Source: Paraspadella gotoi
Taxonomy: Eukaryota > Animalia > Chaetognatha
Direction: 5' to 3'
NCBI GenBank assembly: GCA_051294375.1
Contig: JBJCIZ010000252.1
Location: 1-10,231, forward strand
Length of the DNA stretch: 10,231 bases
Shown in pieces: positions 6,026-10,231 of the stretch. Below the pieces are notes generated by a model that saw only the letters and a list, made by a program, of their open reading frames with translations, was not told the DNA's origin and searched no databases. Position 1 is the first letter of the stretch, and each line of letters starts with the position of its first letter. The translations under genes and the position numbers were made by a program.

Positions 6026-8005
6026 TTATTTACATCGCTTCTTGCGGTATTCTCTTTTTTAAAAGTTTTAATTCTTTTTTACATCTGATATTAAAGAATC
6101 GTTTTCTGTTATTTTTTAAAGCTTTTACATGACTCTTTTTAGCGAGACACAAGTCGTTTCTGGTTGTACTTTAACGTTCTTATCTATTGAGAGTGAGAGA
6201 AACCTACATAAAATTATAAAGACTAAGAGAGACGTAGAAAGGTATACATCAACAATAAAGAGAGGAATACTTTTGTTTGTTTCTCCGATTAAAACGCACT
6301 ATTTAATAACTGTCCTCAGCGCCCAATTTTAACAACTCGATGATGTTATTATGGAGAAGTATTTAAACGTTTTGTATTCTTTTATAATTTTTCTTTGTGA
6401 CTTAATCCTACAGTTCTTCATCGTTTTCCCGTGTCTCTTTAAATTGTGAAAATTTTTTTATCCCTCTCTTTTTTACTTGGAAAGCGGCGTTGCTTTTCTT
6501 TGTTTTCAAAGTTGTTATCTCACTTTTCTGAAATATGTCTGCCGTGTATTTACGTTTTTATTACTTTTTACTTTTAGAAAAGTCGGTTTATCGTGTTTTT
6601 TAACTCTTTTTTAAATTGGAAAACGTTTGCCGTTTTTTTTTCTCTTAAAGTTCTCTCATCCTTTTCTTCTTTACATTGAAAAATCGTTTTCTGTTATTTT
6701 TAAAGTTTTCAATATCTTTTACAGAGAAAAAGCCTCCGTTTTCTGGTGTTTAACGTTTTTTTATCTATTGAGAGTGAGGAGACAAGTACTATAAACTCTA
6801 AATGAAAAAGAGATGAGACGAAGGACGACATTAAAAATAAAAGAGAGGACATATTTGTTTGTTTCAGATAAAACATATTTATCTACCTGTCGCTCACCCA
6901 ACTTTTAAATCAACCTGATGATGTTTACTTATGACTAGAAGTATTTAACGTTTTTATTTCTTTTCTTTGAAAATAATCGTGTTTCGGTTTTTTAGACAAT
7001 TTTTTAATCTCTTTTACATTGAAAAAGCGTTTTTTTCTTTGTTTTTAAAGTTGTTATCTCTTTGGAAATATCGCTCTGCCGCTGTTATTTACGTTTTTAT
7101 CACTTTCTACCTTTACGAAAGTCGTTTTTATCGGTGTTTTCTTCAACTTTTATACTTCATTGGAAAAAATCGTTTGCCGTTTTTTTTTAAGTTTTATTTC
7201 TTTTTACATTGGGAAAAAAAATCGTTTTCTGTTATTTTTAAAGTTTCTTATATCTTTTCACCGCAGAGAAAAAGTCGTTTTCTGTGTATTAACGTTTTTA
7301 TCTTTGAGAGTGAGAGAAAGCTACTTAAAACTTAAAGAGTAAGTAAGAGAGAGAATGAATAGACATAATAATAAAGTAGAGAGAAATTTGTTTTTTTGAT
7401 TAAAAGATTATTAATAACTGTCCTCACCAATTTTAACAACCTGATGATGTTTATTTGGCAAGAAGCTATTAACGTTTTTTATTTCCTTTTTGTCTTTGAA
7501 AATATGTTTCCGGTGTTTTAAAATTTTTTATTTTTTTTTACATTGGACACACCAAGCGTTTTTCTTTGTTTTTTAAAATGTTTGTTTATCTCTTCTGGAA
7601 ATATTGGTTCTGCTTGTGTATTTACATTTCTTCACTTAACTTTTACTAACTTTAGATAGTCGTCTTTAAATCAGGTGTTTTGTTTTAACTATTTTTTACA
7701 CATCATGGAAAAAAAACGTGTTGCCCCTTTTTTTCAGTCGTTTTTTATCTTCGTTTATTGAGCTATTGTGGTTAATCACACAAAATCGCTGGGTCTTCTC
7801 TGCTATATTTTTTTTTATTACATAGTCGTTTCTGCAATATTGGTTTCATTTCTTATACGAGGTCAGCCGATAAAAGTCGTTTTCCTGGCCGTGTAGTTTC
7901 ACACGTGTTTTTTTGTTCTTTTATTGAGGAGTGGACGAGAAAGCAATACTATAAAATTAAAGAGAAAAGAGAGAGAGAAGGAGACATAAAATAAAAGAGA
8001 GGATT
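6026..8005. repeat. Tandem (satellite-like) array, about 3.5 noisy copies of a ~540-620 bp unit
   Basis: Marker GAGTG(AG) recurs at 6191, 6772, 7308 and 7929 (spacings 581, 536, 621). AATAAA(A)GAGAGGA, (C)TGATGATGTT and ATCGTTTTCTGTTATTTTT recur in the same order. Differences are mainly small indels. Confidence 0.9.
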
Positions 8006-8413
8006 ATTCTGAATCTGTTATGGACTCCACCCACTACTCTACTCCACTCGCTCGCTCATACCAGCAACTACGACGCGCATGAATTTCTTCATCGAGAAGG
8101 CCCGGCAGACGCGAGTATTCTTTATGCGCGCGGCGTTTAAAGTGAACACACCTCTTTTACCGTCATCTCTTTCGCTTCTTGAATTTCTAACTTCACCCTC
8201 CTCTTCTACTTCACCTTCTTACTCGGCCTTACTCACACTATCATATCTGCCTGCCTTCCTCATGGCGGCATATTGGCTCTTGGTGGATTATCAATTCTCT
8301 CTTAGCGCCTCTCCTTTACATTAGCGTACTCTATCCTTCGGTGCTCAAGCTCCTCAGTTCCGTCCCCTCCTGCCGCGCTCTGAACTCTCGCACAGTCTGG
8401 GCGGTCGTACAAC

Positions 8414-10231
8414 TGTTATCTCTGCGCCTCGAAACTCATCCCTAGAGCGCTAGACAACCTCAAATACGGGTCGAACTCGCACCGAGCCCTTAGGTCTGCA
8501 GTGCTCAGCTTAAGAGTAGCCAGCAGCTGGTAGACGCTGCCCCCACGAGCATGGTCTGCACGAAGACTTTCCTCGCGAACCGATACAACATAGGGATACA
8601 TTCACAGAGTAACAAGAAATGTCAAAAGTACTCAACAAATAAATATAAAAACTTAACATTTTAACTTGTAATTGACACGGCTGACACACTCAAACTTATC
8701 GTACCTCTTTCGAAAGCTGCTTTATTTTGAACATCTGTGCATAGGAACTGTGCGAACTTCCAAGACGTTCAGCACTATTTCACGAATAAGACTGTGTCTC
8801 CGCGAGACTCTCCGTGAGAGAATTTGCTCAAGAACGCACTGAAAACAATTCTTAACACTTGCTATACTGACGAGGTGTAGAGCTTCAGTTGCGCCACCGT
8901 GATTTCCACCAATGACCGTAAAATTGAGAGTCAGGTTCCTGGAACCGACCTCGGATGTTCGCACCACAGCCCTAGGCAAGAAATAATAGACTCGAATTCT
9001 GCAATTTCACGATCAAAAGCAAAAATAAAACAAGAGCATCCATCCGCTTTAAATTCTTTTTAAATCATTGCAACCAGATATGGCGCGCAATTCAACGTGG
9101 CCTATATTCGATTCCTCTAACACATCTCCGCGTCGACTCACTTGAACTCCAGAGATAAGTTCCTGAAATTTATCTTAAGATTAGATTAAGCACGACATGA
9201 GGGAAGGAGAAGTATTATACTAATGACCACGGCAATAACTGGGAATCAAATAGAGAAACAACCGAAGCGAAAATCCGAACACTCGGAAAAGAAGATAATA
9301 GAGAGTACGCTTCAAACTTTAATAGTATCCAGTACTTAACACTGTATATCAATTAAGAATTCTTTCAAACTTAGACACTGAATTAAGGGAGAAAAACCTA
9401 CACAGTTGAGGACGAACGACCTATACGACGCGACCCGAGGCGTAAGCACAAGTATTGCCGCATTTCGAAGCACGTGTTTATTATCAAATGTCAAATAATC
9501 ACACTGACAAAACACTAAAAGGTCTAACACCAGAGATTATGAAGAAAAATTTTCCTTATACACTTACGTGAGTACTAGAGATTAACACAATGTGTGTTAG
9601 TCGACTAATGTGAGAGGTAAATTATCAAATTAGTAATTTTTGAGGGATACGTTTTGGAAATCTTCGTCGTAGCGCTATTTATATTAGAGAATAAAAGAGC
9701 AGTGCTCTCTTGCTATATTTTCCCTGTCGAAGGCCCTCCATTATCTTTGCGGAATAAAGTTTGGATACCTGGCAATCGACTGCTGGTGTTTATTGGTTTG
9801 ACCCTCTACCCTTAACAATAGAAAAATTATAATTTAAAAACCAACACGTACAACGAAACTGTTTGAAAGATCGACGTGGTATTCACGTTTCTAGTTCCTG
9901 AAATTAAAATTCATTATAAATCGGTCCATCGCGGTCATCAAAAGTTAGAGGTCAAAAAAACTACGAAAAATAGTGCCTTCCGAAGAGAGTCAACTCTATC
10001 CACGCCGCCTACCAACGAGCGAGAAGTGGGTTAACATAAGATTTGGAACTACGTTAAGTTCTAATCTTAAGTTCCGACGGAATCGCGTAAAGGCGAAAGT
10101 CCTCGTTCCGCGGCTAGGGGATCAGAAGAAACTAGCGAAGAATGTAACGGGAGAGCTGAACACGGGAGAGTAAATTGGATATAAGAAGCGGATTTATAAG
10201 AAGATATACGGTGATATGGTGTACTGATAAC
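8414..10231. mobile_element. Possible LTR (solo, or one LTR of a BEL/Pao- or Gypsy-type retrotransposon), truncated by the window edge
   Basis: The block starts TGTTATC (8414-8420) and the window ends GATAAC (10226-10231), one base short of the inverted terminus GATAACA. It is a gap-free block of more balanced composition with no convincing ORF and short direct repeats near the right end. No PBS, PPT or TSD can be confirmed. Confidence 0.3.

Noticed and set aside
6916-7500. CTGATGA in satellite units (6916, 7441) as hammerheads, i.e. a retrozyme-like tandem array
   Set aside because: There is no stem II closed directly onto GAAA and no in-register NUH plus stem I in any copy. It is worth re-testing only on a polished consensus.
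8867-8902. CTGACGA-GGTG..CACC as a hammerhead
   Set aside because: The stem is followed by GTGA rather than GAAA, and stems I and III are absent.
9081-9102. TGGCGCGCAATTCAACGTGG as a tRNA-Lys primer binding site
   Set aside because: The match is interrupted and not adjacent to a defined LTR end, and no gag ORF follows.
289-10173. All ORFs in the supplied track as protein-coding genes
   Set aside because: They are short (60-143 aa), have no recognisable domain, are biased by AT-rich or GCC repeats, overlap on both strands, or cross N gaps. No RT, GIY-YIG, transposase, Rep/helicase or gag motif is seen.

Overview
AT-rich, repeat-dominated, apparently eukaryotic (animal-like, probably invertebrate) draft-assembly DNA with seven 10-N gaps. 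None of the listed ORFs looks like a recognisable protein, so no CDS is called. The strongest signal is a cluster of hammerhead-ribozyme (HHR) motifs. An intact minimal type I HHR (1509-1554, minus) and a degenerate mirror copy (1637-1682, plus) form a ~90-bp inverted repeat. A related third HHR with different stems (4225-4271) sits in a ~110-bp element with its own short inverted repeats and an 8-bp flanking direct repeat. A possible type III HHR lies at 2496-2571. The first three match the minimal HHRs of Penelope-like element pseudo-LTRs. Also present are a MITE-like element (3224-3782), a dispersed inverted repeat with a 30-bp exact core, several diverged modules of one local repeat family with CCTAA-rich tracts, a noisy ~540-620 bp tandem array (about 6026-8005), and a possible solo LTR running off the right edge (8414-10231).
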